From: an uncultured Candidatus Rokubacteria bacterium
Lineage (GTDB): Bacteria; Methylomirabilota; Methylomirabilia; Rokubacteriales; CSP1-6
Direction: 5' to 3'
NCBI GenBank assembly: GCA_963747235.1
Contig: CAVVEU010000020.1
Location: forward strand, 133,685-197,684
Length of the DNA: 64,000 bases
Shown here: positions 21,021 to 32,242 of the stretch, one piece after another
Layout: the number at the start of each line of letters is the position of its first letter
Numbering within the stretch: position 1 is the first letter of the stretch
Program-made: the position numbers and the translations under genes
Notes under the pieces: model-generated
The model's database searches: none
Seen by the model: the letters and a program-made list of their open reading frames with translations, nothing else
What the model was told of the DNA's origin: nothing

Positions 21021-22354
21021 GAGCCGGCCACCGTCATCCGGCCGATGAGCAGCGTCGGCGCGGCGGTGCGGTCCCGGAACACCAGGTCGTTGCCGACGCC
21101 CTCCACGGCGCGGAACATGTCGAGCAGGTTGCCCGCGATGGTGATCTCCTCCACCGGGTAGGCCAGCTCGCCGTTCTCGATCCAGAGGCCCGACCGCCCC
21201 GCGCGAGTAGTCGCCGGTGACCCCGTTGACGCCGAAGCCGATCAGCTCGGTGACGTAGAGGCCGTTCTTCACGCTCCGGATCAGGTCCGCCGGATCCGGT
21301 CGCCCGCCGTCGAGGTGCAGGTTCGTGGTGGACACGCTCACCCCGCTGCCGTCGCGCGCCGCGTGATGGGTGGAGGGCAGGCCGAGCTTGCGGCCGCTGT
21401 AGGTGTCGAGCAGGTAGGAGCGCAGCACGCCCTGCTCCACGATCACGGTGCGCCGCACCGGCAGCCCCTCGCCGTCGAACGGGCGCGAGCCGAGGGCCCC
21501 CGGAATGGTGCCGTCGTCCACGATGGTCACCGCCGGGGCCGCGATGCGCTCGCCCAGCTTGCCCACCAGGAAGGAGGCGCGCCGGTAGAGCGACGGGCCG
21601 GCCGACCGCGCCCGCGATGTGGCGCACGAGGCTGGCCGCCATCTCCGGGTCGAAGATGACCGGCACCTCCGCGGTCTTCACCTGCCGGGCGCCGAGCCGG
21701 CGCACCGCGCGCCGCGCCGCGATGCGGCCGATCTCCTCCGGCGCCTCGAGCCGCGCGCGCTTGCGCGTGACGTGATACCAGGAGTCGCGCTGCATCTGGC
21801 CGTTCTCGCTCGCCACCGGGGACACCGCGAGGCTGAAGGACGACGTCTCGTACTCGCCCGCGAAGCCGTGGCTCGTCGCGTAGGCGTAGCGCGCGCGCCG
21901 GTCGCTGAAGTCCCCGCCCTCGGAGTTGGTGATGCGCGGATCGGCCTCGAGCGCGGCCGCCTCGCAGCGGCGGGCCAGCTCGATCTTCTCCTCGGGCGTG
22001 AGATCGTGGCCGCGCGCGTCGCCCAGATCGAGGTCCGGCACCTGCCGCGCGAGCTCCTCGGCCTCGGGCAGGCCGCCCATCTCGTCCGGGCTCGTGATCC
22101 GCGCGAGCGACACCGCCTCGTCCACCAGCCGCGCCACCGACTCGGGCGAGAGATCGGACGTGGAGGCGGCCGCGACCGACTTGCCCGACGAAGACCCGCA
22201 GCGACAGGTGCTGCTCGCGCGCGTGCTTGACGGTGTCCACCTGGCCCAGGCGCACCTGGGCCGAGAACGACTGGTCCTCCACCACGAAGGCGTCGGCGGC
22301 CGTCGCGCCCCGGCGCGTGGCCTGCTGCAGGAGGTCGGCGAGCAGCTCGCGCAT
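21017..22354 (-). CDS. pmbA: Metalloprotease PmbA/TldE (frameshifted)
   Basis: ITNSEG, SRPFDGEG, GLYVTELIGFGVNGVTGDYSRGA, EEITIAGNL; directly downstream of tldD. Confidence 0.9.
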
Positions 22355-22359
22355 GCGGG

Positions 22360-23799
22360 TCAGACCTGCGTCCCGCCGACCGTCATGCGGTCGATGCGGA
22401 TCGTCGGCAGGCCCACGCCCACCGGGACCGACTGACCGTCCTTGCCGCAGGTGCCCACGCCCTCGTCGAGCTTGAGATCGTGGCCGACGCGGCTCACCCG
22501 CGTGAGCGCCTCGGGGCCGTTGCCGATCAGCGTCGCGCCCTTCACCGGGCGCGTCACGCGGCCGTCCTCGATCAGGTAGGCCTCGCTCGCCGAGAACACG
22601 AAGCTTGCCGTTGGTGATGTCCACCTGGCCGCCGCCGAAGTTCACCGCGTAGAGCCCCTTGGTGACGCCGAGCGGATGATGTCGGCGGGCTCGTCCTCGC
22701 CCGCCAGCATGAAGGTGTTGGTCATGCGCGGCATCGGGGGATGCGCGTAGGACTCGCGCCGGCCGTTGCCGGTGACCTCCATGCCCATGAGCCGCGCGTT
22801 GAGCCGGTCCTGCAGGTAGCCGCGCAGGATGCCCTTCTCGATGAGCACGTTGCGCCGCGTCGGCACGCCCTCGTCGTCCACGTTGAGCGAGCCGCGCCGG
22901 TTCGCGATCGTGCCGTCGTCGACCACCGTGACCAGCTCCGACGCCACCGTCTGGCCGAGCCGTCCCGAGAACGCGGAGGTCTTCTTGCGGTTGAAGTCGC
23001 CCTCGAGGCCGTGGCCCACCGCCTCGTGGAGCAGGATGCCGGGCCAGCCGGGCCCGAGCACCACCGTCATCTCGCCCGCGGGCGCGTCCACCGCGTCGAG
23101 CTTCATGAGGGCCTGGCGCACCGCCTCGCCGGTGAAGCGCTTCCAGCGGTCCTGCTCGAGGAAGAAGTCGAAGGCCACCCGCCCGCCGCCGCCGTAGCTG
23201 CCGATCTCGCGCTTGGCTCCGTCCTCCACGATCACCGTGACGTTGAGCCGCGTGAGCGGGCGCACGTCGCCGACCGTCCAGCCCGACGGCGTCGCGATCA
23301 TGACCACCACTTCCTCGCTGCCGAGGGTGGCGATGACCTGGCGCACGCGCGGATCGAGGCCGCGGGCCGCCGCGTCCATCCGGCCCAGCAGCTCGAGCTT
23401 GCGGTCCAGATCGGCCGAGGTGGGCGGCTCGGCCAGCGTGTAGAGATCGTGCGGCGGGCCGTCGCCACCCACCGCCACCACCGCGGAGGTCGACGAGCGG
23501 TCCGCGATCGCGCGCGCCTGGCGCGCGGCCTCCTCGAGATTGGGGAGGGCCAGATCGTCGGTGTGCGCGTAGCCGGTGCGCTCGCCGGACTGGGCCCGGA
23601 GGCCGGCGCCCTGGCTCACGTGCCGGGCCGCCTTCTTCACCGCGCCCTCTTCCAGCACCAGCTCCTCGCTGATCCGGTACTCGAGGAAGAGATCGGCGTG
23701 GTCGACGCGCCCGGACAGGGTCGAGCCGAGCAGCTTCTCCATGGTCCCCGCGTTGAGGCCGAATCGGTCCGCGAAGAAGCGCTCTGGGCGGGCTAGCAT
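22360..23799 (-). CDS. tldD: Metalloprotease TldD (frameshifts near 22600-22670)
   Basis: [55 protein letters not shown]. Confidence 0.95.
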
Positions 23800-23958
23800 T
23801 TCCGTCTCCTTGGAGGTCTCAAAGGGGCTTCATCCTAGCATCGGCTCCGGGAGGGACCCCCATGTTTAGTGACCTGTCGGACACGTCGGATGCGACTGTT
23901 TCGATTATCTCAGATGTGTCCACGCCTTGCAGACGCGCACCTCCGGCGCGAGGCGAGA

Positions 23959-24765
23959 TCAGTCGCGCGCGTCGAGGGCTTCCTGCACCAGCTCGTGCAG
24001 GCGTCGGAGCCCGATCAGGAGCGACGGGCCCGGGCTCAGGATGTCGGCGCCGTCCATCTCGTGGACGCGATGGCCGCGCACCGCGCTGATCCGGTCCCAG
24101 CCCGGGCGGGCCGCGATCGCGGCCAGATCGGCGGGCTTGCCGCACCAGGAGGCGACGATGATCTGCGGGTCCCGCCGGACGACCTCGGCGGGATCCACCA
24201 CCCGCTCGCGCGCGCTCTTCCGGTCGCGGAGGTCGGCGAACACGTCACGGCCGCCCGCGATCTCGATCAGCTCCGAGACCCAGCGGATGCCCGCGATGAG
24301 CGGCTCGTGCCACTCCTCGAAGTAGACGCGCGGGCGGTCGGGCCACACGCGCGAGAACTCCCGCACCTGGGTGATCTCGTCGCGCATGTCGAGCACGAGC
24401 GCGCGCGCCGCGGGCTCGGCCCCGAGCAGGCCGCCCACCGTGAGGATCGTCCGCATGACTTCCTCGACCGAGCGCGGGTTGGCGCAGAAGACCGGCAGCC
24501 CGGCCCGGATCAGCTCCGCGCTGATGTCGGCCTGCAGATCCGAGAACGCGAGGATCAGATCCGGCTCGAGCTCGAGGATCCGGTCGACGCGAAACGTGGT
24601 GAAGCCGCCGACGCGCGGCTTGGCCGCCGCCTCCGCGGGCCGCCGCGCGGTGCCGGGCACGCCCACCACCCGGTCGCCCGCGCCGAGCGCGTAGCAGATC
24701 TCGACGTGCTCGGCGCTCAGGCAGACGATGCGGCGCGGGAGCTCGACCGGGGACTTGCCGTACAT
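23959..24765 (-). CDS. Cobalamin/heme-type substrate-binding protein (BtuF/TroA-like)
   Basis: PRRIVCLS, RVGGF, LEPDLI, PRVYFEEW, WVSELIEIAGG, ILSPGP. Confidence 0.8.
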   Translation of the reverse strand: MYGKSPVELPRRIVCLSAEHVEICYALGAGDRVVGVPGTARRPAEAAAKPRVGGFTTFRVDRILELEPDLILAFSDLQADISAELIRAGLPVFCANPRSVEEVMRTILTVGGLLGAEPAARALVLDMRDEITQVREFSRVWPDRPRVYFEEWHEPLIAGIRWVSELIEIAGGRDVFADLRDRKSARERVVDPAEVVRRDPQIIVASWCGKPADLAAIAARPGWDRISAVRGHRVHEMDGADILSPGPSLLIGLRRLHELVQEALDARD

Positions 24766-24773
24766 GGTTCACT

Positions 24774-24819
24774 CCACCCCTCACCCTGCCCTCTCCCCTG
24801 AGGGGAGAGGGGGATGAGG
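24774..24819. repeat. REP-like palindromic repeat, copy 1
   Basis: ccacccctcaccctgccctctcccctgaggggagagggggatgagg; hairpin ccctctcccc-tga-ggggagaggg; 45/46 identical to 54396-54441. Confidence 0.85.
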
Positions 24820-24825
24820 ATAGAT

Positions 24826-26164
24826 TTACTTGCCGCCGTCGTAGAGCTCGGTCCGGGCGGTGCCCCGCTGGAAGGTGAGGTACTCCTCCTTGGTCATGCG
24901 CGGCTTCCAGGCCTTGAGGATGTCGCGCGCGGCGCCCGCGTCGTCCCAGAGCATGTCCACCGCCATCAGCGCGAGCTGCTTGGCCGGCTCCACGTAGGCG
25001 AGCTTCGGATCCGCGATCGCGTAGTCGGCCCCGTGGCCGCCGCCGGTGGCCCCGCCCATGTACGGATGAAGGGTCGGCATCACGTGGGAGATATCGCCCA
25101 TGTCGGTCGAGCCGCTGCGATGACCCGACTCGGTCACCTGGTCGGCGCCCAGCAGCGCCGCCGCGTTGGCCTTGAACTGCTCCGCCATGCCCATGTGGTT
25201 GAAGAGCGGCAGGTAGCCGGGCAGCGTCTCGATCTCCACCTGGGCGCCGAGCGCGAGCGCGCCCGCGCGGAGCGCGCGGTCCACGCGCCGGTTGGCGTCG
25301 AGGATCGCCTCCACCGTCTTGCCGCGGACGTAGGTCTCGAGACGCACCTCGCCCGGGATCACGTTCACCTGGCTGCCGCCGTGGGTGATGATCGGGTGCA
25401 CGCGGATGGAGTCCTCGTCGCGGAAGGTCTCCCGGATCGCGTTGATCGCGGCGAGGCCGATGTTGGCCGCGTAGAGCGCGTTGATCCCCATGTGCGGGCG
25501 CGCCGCCCGCGTGGGAGGCGCGGCCGATGTAGCGCACCGTCTTCACGAGGCAGCCGTTGTTGGAGGCGGCCACGCCCGCCTTCTTCATGTCGGGCTGCGA
25601 CGTGGTGTGGATCATCATGGCGAGGTCCACGTCGTCGAAGTGGCCGAGGCGGAGCAGCTCGGGCTTGCCGCCCAGGAACTCGAGGCGTCCCGCGCGCGCC
25701 TGCTGCACGCGCCACTCGACGTCGCCGTACTCCTCCGCGGGCACCGCGAAGAACACCACGCGGCCGGCCAGGTGCTCGAAGGCGCGCGCCTCGCAGAGCC
25801 CCATCGCGGCGCCGAGGAGCCCCGCGATCTGGGCATTGTGGCCGCAGGCGTGCGCGGCGCCGGTCTCGGGATCGGCGATCGGGTGCCCCGCCACCACCAG
25901 GCCGTCCAGCTCGCCCAGCAGCGCGAAGGTCGGGCCGTCCTTGACGCCCGCGGCCTCGGCCCGCACGCCGGTGAGCGCGAGGCCGCTCCGCGGCTTCAGG
26001 CCGAGCTCGCTCAGGGTCTCCTCCGCGAGCCGCGCGGTCTTGAACTCCTTGAAGCCCAGCTCGGGCTGGCGGCGAATGCGCTCGCCCAGGCCGATGATGC
26101 GCTCCGCGTTGCGGTCGATGGCCTTGCACACGCTGTTCTTGAGGTCTTGCTTGGTTGTCGCCAC
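24826..26164 (-). CDS. M20-family amidohydrolase (AbgB/ACY1L2-like; frameshift near 25495)
   Basis: PELGFKE, GELDGL, HACGHN, VPAEE, LAMMIH, GRASHAG, GSTDMGD. Confidence 0.88.
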
Positions 26165-26173
26165 GAAGCCCTC

Positions 26174-27286
26174 CTAGGAAAGAAAACGGCTGGGGAGAAA
26201 CGGGGTGATCGACGCCGGGACGTCGCCGTCGACGATGCAGCGGGTCAGCAGCGCGGCGGTGATGGGCGCCATGAGGATGCCGTTGCGGTAGTGCGCGGTG
26301 GCCGCGAAGAGGCCGGCCACGTCGGGCCAGGGCCCCAGCACCGGCTGGCCGTCGGGGACCCACGGGCGGAAGCCGCACCAGGAGCGGGTGACCGACCGGC
26401 GGCCGACCTCCGGGACGAGGGCGACCGCGGCGGCGATGAGGGAGGCGAGGCCGTCGGGCGTGACCGCGCGGAGAAAGCCCGCGTGCTCCACGGTGGCGCC
26501 GATCAGAATCTCGCCCGAGGGCCGCGGCACCACGTAGATGTCGTCGCCGTGCAGGGCGCGCGTGATCAGCGGCGGGACATTGCTGACCGCGAGCATCTGG
26601 CCGCGCACCGGCGCCACCGGCAGCCGGAGGCCGACGGAGGTGGCCAGCGCGCCCGACCAGGCGCCCGCCGCCAGCAGCACCGCGTCGGCGTGAACCGTCT
26701 CGCCGTCCACGAGCACGCCGCGGGCGCGCGCGCCCTCGATCAGGATGCGGCTCACCTCGGCGCCGGTGCGCACGGTGACGCCCCGGGCCGCGGCGGCGGC
26801 GGCGTAGGCGGTCACCAGCCGCTGGTTGTTCACCCAGTGGTCGCCGCGGACGAACCGGGCCGCGCTCACGTCCTTGGCCATCGCGGGCTCGAGCGCGCGC
26901 AGGTCGCTCCCCTCCACCACCTCGATGCCGAACTCCCTGGCCAGCGGCCAGGTCAGTCGAAGGCGCGCCTCCGCGATCTCTCGATCGGAGTGGAGCGGGT
27001 AGAGCGTGCCCGCGGTCATGTGCTCGACGTCCACGCCGGTCAGCTCCCGGAGCTCGGACGCGACGCCCGGGTAGAGACGCCAGCTCTCGATCGCCAGCCG
27101 GTGGAAGGGGCCGGGCTCGGGCACTGGCCCGAGCGGGGCGAGCAGGCCCGCCGCCGCGCTCGAGGCCTCGGCGCCCGGGCTCGCGCGCTCGAAGAGCGTG
27201 ACGCGGCACCCGCGCTTGGCGAGGTCCGCCGCGGTGGCGCAGCCGATGATGCCGCCGCCGATCACCGCCACCGAGGGCGCGGCCAT
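26174..27286 (-). CDS. thiO: Glycine oxidase ThiO
   Basis: GGGIIG, ASSAAAGLL, PVRGQM, YVVPR, GFRP, HYRNGILMAP; lies in the thi operon. Confidence 0.9.
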   Translation of the reverse strand: MAAPSVAVIGGGIIGCATAADLAKRGCRVTLFERASPGAEASSAAAGLLAPLGPVPEPGPFHRLAIESWRLYPGVASELRELTGVDVEHMTAGTLYPLHSDREIAEARLRLTWPLAREFGIEVVEGSDLRALEPAMAKDVSAARFVRGDHWVNNQRLVTAYAAAAAARGVTVRTGAEVSRILIEGARARGVLVDGETVHADAVLLAAGAWSGALATSVGLRLPVAPVRGQMLAVSNVPPLITRALHGDDIYVVPRPSGEILIGATVEHAGFLRAVTPDGLASLIAAAVALVPEVGRRSVTRSWCGFRPWVPDGQPVLGPWPDVAGLFAATAHYRNGILMAPITAALLTRCIVDGDVPASITPFLPSRFLS

Positions 27287-27912
27287 CACGCCTTCCCCAG
27301 CGCGTCGAGGAACGCCTTCGTGGCGTCGGCGGGCCGCGCGGCCGCGTAGATCGCGCCGATCACCGCGACGCCCGCCGCGCCGGCCGCGAGCACCTCGGGC
27401 ACGCGCTCCGGCGTGAGCCCGCCCACCGCCAGGACCGGGCGGTCCACCGCGCGGGTGACCGCCTCGAGCGCGGCCAGGCCCTGCGGCGGGCCGTAGCGCC
27501 GCTTGGACGCGGTGTCGTAGACCGGGCCGAAGACGATGAAGTCGGCGCCCTGCGCGGCGGCCTCCCGCGCCTCGGCCTCCGAGTGCACGGAGGCGCCCAC
27601 CAGGAAGCCGGGCGGCGTGATCTCGCGCAGCGCCGACACCGGCAGCGAGGCGTGCGTGCGCTGGACGCCGTCGGCCGAGGCGGCCAGGGCCACGTCCGCC
27701 CGGTCGTTCACGATGAGCCGCGCACCGTGACGCCGGGTGGACTCGCGGAGCGTGTCGGCCAGCGCGAGCAGGTCGCGCGCCTCGAGATCCTTCTCGCGGA
27801 GCTGGACGGCGCGCAGGCCCGCGGCCAGGCACTCCTCCACCACGTCGGCGGGCGGCCGGGGCGCCGCCGCGCGGTCGGTGATCAGGTAGAGGGAGAAGCC
27901 TAGCTGGTCCAC
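27286..27912 (-). CDS. thiE: Thiamine-phosphate synthase
   Basis: [38 protein letters not shown]. Confidence 0.85.
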   Translation of the reverse strand: MDQLGFSLYLITDRAAAPRPPADVVEECLAAGLRAVQLREKDLEARDLLALADTLRESTRRHGARLIVNDRADVALAASADGVQRTHASLPVSALREITPPGFLVGASVHSEAEAREAAAQGADFIVFGPVYDTASKRRYGPPQGLAALEAVTRAVDRPVLAVGGLTPERVPEVLAAGAAGVAVIGAIYAAARPADATKAFLDALGKA

Positions 27913-28682
27913 TCGGGCACGCCCTCCAGCGGAGAGGACGCGGTGGCGTAGAGCTTCTTGCCCATTCGTCCGGCCTTGAAGGCGAGGCGGCCGGCCTCGA
28001 TGGCCAGGCGCATGGCGGTGGCCATGGCCACCGGATCCTTGGCGGAGGCGATGGCGGTGTTCATCAGCACGCCGTCGCAGCCGAGCTCCATGGCGATGGC
28101 CGCGTCGGAGGCCGTGCCCACGCCCGCGTCCACGAGCACCGGGACCGTGACCGCCTCCAGGATCAGCTTGATGTTGTACGGGTTGCGGATGCCGAGCCCG
28201 GAGCCGATCGGGGCGCCCAGCGGCATGACCGCGGCCGCGCCGGCGTCCTCGAGCTTCTTGGCCATGACCGGGTCGTCGTTGGTGTACGGCAGCACCGTGA
28301 AGCCCTCCCGGGAGAGCGTGCGGGTGGCCTCGAGCAGGCCGAGCACGTCGGGGAACAGGGTGCGCGAGTCGCCGATGACCTCGAGCTTGACCAGGGTCCC
28401 CAGGCCCGCCTCGCGGGCCAGATAGCAGGTGCGGACCGCCTCGTCGGCGGTGTAGCAGCCGGCGGTGTTCGGCAGCAGCGTGTACTTCTTCGGGTCGACG
28501 AAGTCGAGCAGGGACTCCCCCTGCCCCGGCAGGCTCACCCGGCGCACCGCCACCGTGACGATCTCGGCGCCCGAGGCCTCGATGGCCTCGCGCATGTTCT
28601 CGAACGACGGGTACTTGCCAGTCCCGACGATCAGACGCGACTTGAACTCTTTTCCGCCCAGCCACAGTGACGTGTCGTACAT
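27900..28682 (-). CDS. thiG: Thiazole synthase
   Basis: [47 protein letters not shown]; AGGAGG SD upstream. Confidence 0.96.
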   Translation of the reverse strand: MYDTSLWLGGKEFKSRLIVGTGKYPSFENMREAIEASGAEIVTVAVRRVSLPGQGESLLDFVDPKKYTLLPNTAGCYTADEAVRTCYLAREAGLGTLVKLEVIGDSRTLFPDVLGLLEATRTLSREGFTVLPYTNDDPVMAKKLEDAGAAAVMPLGAPIGSGLGIRNPYNIKLILEAVTVPVLVDAGVGTASDAAIAMELGCDGVLMNTAIASAKDPVAMATAMRLAIEAGRLAFKAGRMGKKLYATASSPLEGVPEWTS

Positions 28683-28698
28683 GGCTAGCCTCCTCATT

Positions 28699-28929
28699 CT
28701 ATGCCTGCCTGCCTGGGCGGCGTGCACGTTCCCCCCGCCCATGGGCGACGATCTCGACCTTGTCGCCTTCGGTCGAGCACGCGTGTCGGCGTAGCGGCGC
28801 CTTCGGGTGACCTCGCGGTTCAGGGCCACCGCGGTGAACTCGCGGCGGATCTTGAGCCTGGACAGTAGGTCCGTCGACGCTGAGCCCCTCGGGCAGCTCC
28901 ATCGGCTTGCCGTTGACGGTGACCGTCAT
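28699..28929 (-). CDS. thiS: Sulfur carrier protein ThiS (frameshifted; end uncertain)
   Basis: MTVTVNGK...AVALNREV...[12 protein letters not shown]; first gene after the TPP riboswitch. Confidence 0.85.
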   Translation of the reverse strand: MTVTVNGKPMELPEGLSVDGPTVQAQDPPRVHRGGPEPRGHPKAPLRRHACSTEGDKVEIVAHGRGERARRPGRQA

Positions 28930-28930
28930 G

Positions 28931-28965
28931 AAAAAACCGCACACCTTTCCAGGAAAGGGTGCGGT
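28931..28965 (-). terminator. Intrinsic terminator (riboswitch expression platform)
   Basis: Minus strand accgcaccctttcc-t-ggaaaggtgtgcgg-tttttt: GC stem followed by a U6 tract, ending just before the thiS ATG. Confidence 0.85.
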
Positions 28966-28980
28966 CCAGTACTCGTGCGC

Positions 28981-29072
28981 CGCGTCGCGTTCCCTTCGCT
29001 GGAATTACCCAGTGCAGGTTCGAGGGGTCCCGGGCCGCACCCGGTTCTCAGGAGACCTCCCCCCGCGACGCG
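28981..29072 (-). ncRNA. TPP (THI-box) riboswitch
   Basis: Minus strand gggggg..CTGAGA..ACCCctcGAACCTGcactgGGTAATtccAGCGAAGGGA with conserved TPP motifs; upstream of thiSGEO; TATAAT at 29083-29078. Confidence 0.93.
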
Positions 29073-29078
29073 TCCGGA

Positions 29079-31163
29079 TTATACCCCAGCGTCGAGCTGT
29101 CGCGCGAGCGCGTCCGGCTCGGTCACCGGGAGCTGGCAGACGTAGCGGCGGCACACGTACGCGGTCGGCTTGCCGTCCACCGGCGCCGCGGTCGGCCAGG
29201 AGCGGCAGCCCGGCCGCGCCCGGCGCGCCCGCCGCGGCGCCGACCACCACCCGGTTCGGCAGGTAGCGGCGGAACACCGTCTCGGCGAGCGGCGCGGCGG
29301 CGCGCTCGGCGCCCGCGGGCCACACCAGCGCCACCTCGGCCACCGGCCCCAGGTGGAAGTCGAGCGCGGAGAGGTAGCGGCCGAAGCCGGACGGGTACTT
29401 CTGCATGAGGTCGGCCATGGGCCGGAGCGCCTGCAGCGCGATGGCCTCGTAGCGCTCCTCGCCGGTGACGATCGCGAGCCGCAGCAGCCACTCGATGGTG
29501 ACCGACGTGCCGCTCGGCACCGCGTTGTCGAAGATGTTGCGCGGCCGGACCACGAGCGCTCTCCTGGTCGTGGCCGGTGTCGAAGAAGGTCTCGCGCTCG
29601 GTGTTCCAGAAGAGGCGCAGCGTCTCCTCGGCGAGGCGGCGCGACTCGTCGAGCCAGCGCCGGTCGAAGGTCGCCTCGTAGAGCGCGAGCAGGCCCGCGC
29701 CGACCATGGCGTGGTCCTCGAGGTAGCCGGTGATCCGGGCCTGGCCGTCCTTCCAGGAGCGCAGCAGCCGGCCGTCCCGCACCATGGAGGAGGTCAGGAA
29801 CTCCGCGTTGCGGACCGCGGCGGCCAGGTAGTCGAGCGCGGCCGAGCGCGGACGCGGCCTCGGCGAGCGCCGACAGCATGAGGCCGTTCCAGGAGGCCAG
29901 CACCTTGTCGTCGAGCCCCGGGTGGACGCGCTTCTCCCGGTGCGTCGTAGAGCGCCTGACGCGCGCGGGCGATCCGGGCCGCGAGCTCGTCGGCGGGCTA
30001 CCGCGAGCGTCCCGGCGACCTCCGCGGGCTCGCGCGGCACGAACAGGATGCTGTGGCCCTCGAAGTTGGGCCCGTCGTCCACGCCCCAGTAGGCCAGGAC
30101 GGCGCGCGCGAGCGCCTCGTCGCCCAGCACCGCGCGGATCTCCTCGGCGACCAGACGAAGAACTTGCCCTCGACGCCTTCCGAGTCGGCGTCCTGGGCCG
30201 AGTAGAAGCCGCCCGGCCGGATGCGTCATCTCGCGCAGCACGTAGTCGAGGGTCTCCTCGGTCGACGCGCCGGTACTCGGCCTCCCCGGTGGCCAGCCAG
30301 CCGTGGAGGTAGAGCGAGGCGAGCTGGGCGTTGTCGTAGAGCATCTTCTCGAAGTGCGGCACCAGCCACTGCCCGTCCACCGAGTAGCGATGGAAGCCGC
30401 CGCCGAGCTGGTCGTACATGCCGCCGCGGGCCATGCGGGTCAGGGTGTGCCGCAGCATCTCGAGCGCGCGCGGGTCGCCGGTGCGCTTCCAGACGCGCAG
30501 GATGCGCTTCCCAGGCCATCGGCTGCGGGAACTTGGGCGCCTGGCCGAGGCCGCCGTCGCGCTCGTCGAACTCGCCGGAGAGGCCCAGGTAGGCGCGCGA
30601 CCAGGACGTCCTTCGAGAGCACGCTGGCCGAGCGGGTCAGGCGCTCGGCCTGCTGCATGCTGCTCGACGAGCTGGCGACCGGCCTCGAGCACCTCGCCGC
30701 GCCGCCCGCGATAGGCGTCCGCGACGGCCTGCAGCAGCCGCGGGAAGGCGGGCATGCCGTGGCGGTCCACCGGCGGGAAGTAGGTGCCGCCGTAGAACGG
30801 CACGCCGTCGGGCGTGAGGAACACGGTCATCGGCCAGCCGCCCCGGCCGGTCATGGACTGCACGGCCTGCATGTAGATCTGGTCCACGTCGGGCCGCTCC
30901 TCGCGATCCACCTTGATGTTGACGAAGAGCCGGTTCATGAGCGCGGCGATCTCGTCGTTCTCGAACGACTCGCGCTCCATGACGTGACACCAGTGGCAGG
31001 CCGAGTAGCCCACCGAGAGCAGCACCGGCCGGTCCTCGCGCGCGGGCCGCTCGAAGGCCTCCGGGCCCCACGGGTACCAGTCCACCGGGTTGTGGGCGTG
31101 CTGGAGCAGGTACGGGCTGGTCTCGGAGGCGAGGCGATTCGCGGGGCGGGACGAGGAGGACAT
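29079..31163 (-). CDS. Thioredoxin-domain protein YyaL/SPATA20 (DUF255; several frameshifts)
   Basis: [64 protein letters not shown]...CQLP. Confidence 0.92.
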   Translation of the reverse strand: MSSSSRPANRLASETSPYLLQHAHNPVDWYPWGPEAFERPAREDRPVLLSVGYSACHWCHVMERESFENDEIAALMNRLFVNIKVDREERPDVDQIYMQAVQSMTGRGGWPMTVFLTPDGVPFYGGTYFPPVDRHGMPAFPRLLQAVADAYRGRRGEVLEAGRQLVEQHAAGRAPDPLGQRALEGRPGRAPTWASPASSTSATAASARRPSSRSRWPGKRILRVWKRTGDPRALEMLRHTLTRMARGGMYDQLGGGFHRYSVDGQWLVPHFEKMLYDNAQLASLYLHGWLATGEAEYRRVDRGDPRLRAARDDASGRAASTRPRTPTRKASRASSSSGRRGDPRGAGRRGARARRPGLLGRGRRAQLRGPQHPVRAARARGGRRDARGSPPTSSRPGSPARVRRSTTHREKRVHPGLDDKVLASWNGLMLSALAEAASALGRARLPGRRGPQRGVPDLLHGAGRPAAALLEGRPGPDHRLPRGPRHGRRGPARALRGDLRPALARRVAPPRRGDAAPLLEHRARDLLRHRPRPGERSWSGRATSSTTRCRAARRSPSSGCCGSRSSPARSATRPSRCRRSGPWPTSCRSTRPASAATSPRSTSTWGRWPRWRWCGPRAPSAPPRRSPRRCSAATCRTGWWSAPRRARRARPGCRSWPTAAPVDGKPTAYVCRRYVCQLPVTEPDALARQLDAGV

Positions 31164-31177
31164 GCGCGAGAGCCGGA

Positions 31178-32171
31178 TCAGGCCTGCGGGGCCGCGACGA
31201 ACGGAAGGGCGGCGACCCGGGCCGGCTGCTCGCCGGCGCCATCCACCACCGTGACCGCGGTGCCCGGCTCGAAGTGCTCGCGGCGCACGTAGCCGAGCGC
31301 GATCGGCCGGCCGAGCGCGATGGACCGCACCGCGGAGGTGACGCGGCCGACCTCATGGCCGTCCACCGCGACCTGCGCGCCCTCGCCGGGAACCCGCTCG
31401 CCCTCGATCACGAGGCCGCTCAGCGCGCGGTTGACGTGGCCGCGATACTTCACGCGCGCCACCGTCTCCTGGCCGATGTAGCAGCCCTTGGTGTAGCTCA
31501 CCAGCGCGTCGAGCCGCGTCTCGGGCAGGATCACGGAGTCGTCCACGTCTTGCGGATACCACGGCTGGCCCGCCTCGATCCGCAGCACCGCGAGCGTCTC
31601 GTCGCCCGCCGGCACCGCGCCGGCCGACTCGAGCGCGCTCCGCACCGCGGCGGCGTGCTCGGCGGGCACCCAGCAGTGGAAGCCGGGCGCGGGCCCCTCG
31701 GCGCGGTTGATCACGCGTACCGGCGCGCCGGCGATCGTGACCTCGGCGTGGGCGTAGGGCGCCAGCTCGAGGGTGACGCCGGCCACGCCCTCGAGCAGGC
31801 CGCGCGCGGCGGGCCCCTGCACGGACAGGATCGCGAACGCGTCGTCCACCGCCTCGAAGTAGGCCTTCTCCGAGATGAGATAGCGGTCGATGGTCTGGAG
31901 CGTCTTCTCGGTGAGGCTCGCGGGCAGCTCGATCAGCACCTGGTCCGCGGTCGCGTAGACGACGAGCAGCACCGTCACCTTGCCGTGGGCGTCGAGGAAC
32001 GCGGCGGGCGCGCCCTGCCCGGGCTGGAGGCCCTTGACGTCGTTGGTGAGCATGCCCTGGAGGAATGCCAGCGCGGTCGCGGCCGGTCACGCTGACTTTC
32101 CCGAGCGTGGAGCGATCGAACAGGGCCGCACCCTCGCGGGCGGCGCGGTACTCCGAGGCCAGGTCGGGCAT
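31178..32171 (-). CDS. YgfZ/GcvT-like folate-binding protein (frameshift near 32070)
   Basis: KGCYIGQE signature, LRIEAG, GRVTS. Confidence 0.88.
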
Positions 32172-32242
32172 GGCTCATTGTTGTCGCGGCTGCGGCGCCT
32201 GTCAACTTGCGGGTCCCGGCCGACTCGTCCACAATGGCCGCC

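Noticed and set aside
23862-24089. Ser/Thr/Asp-rich small ORF as a TldDE-processed RiPP precursor
   Set aside because: No SD, overlaps the BtuF-like gene antisense, and no YcaO or other modifying enzymes in the window.
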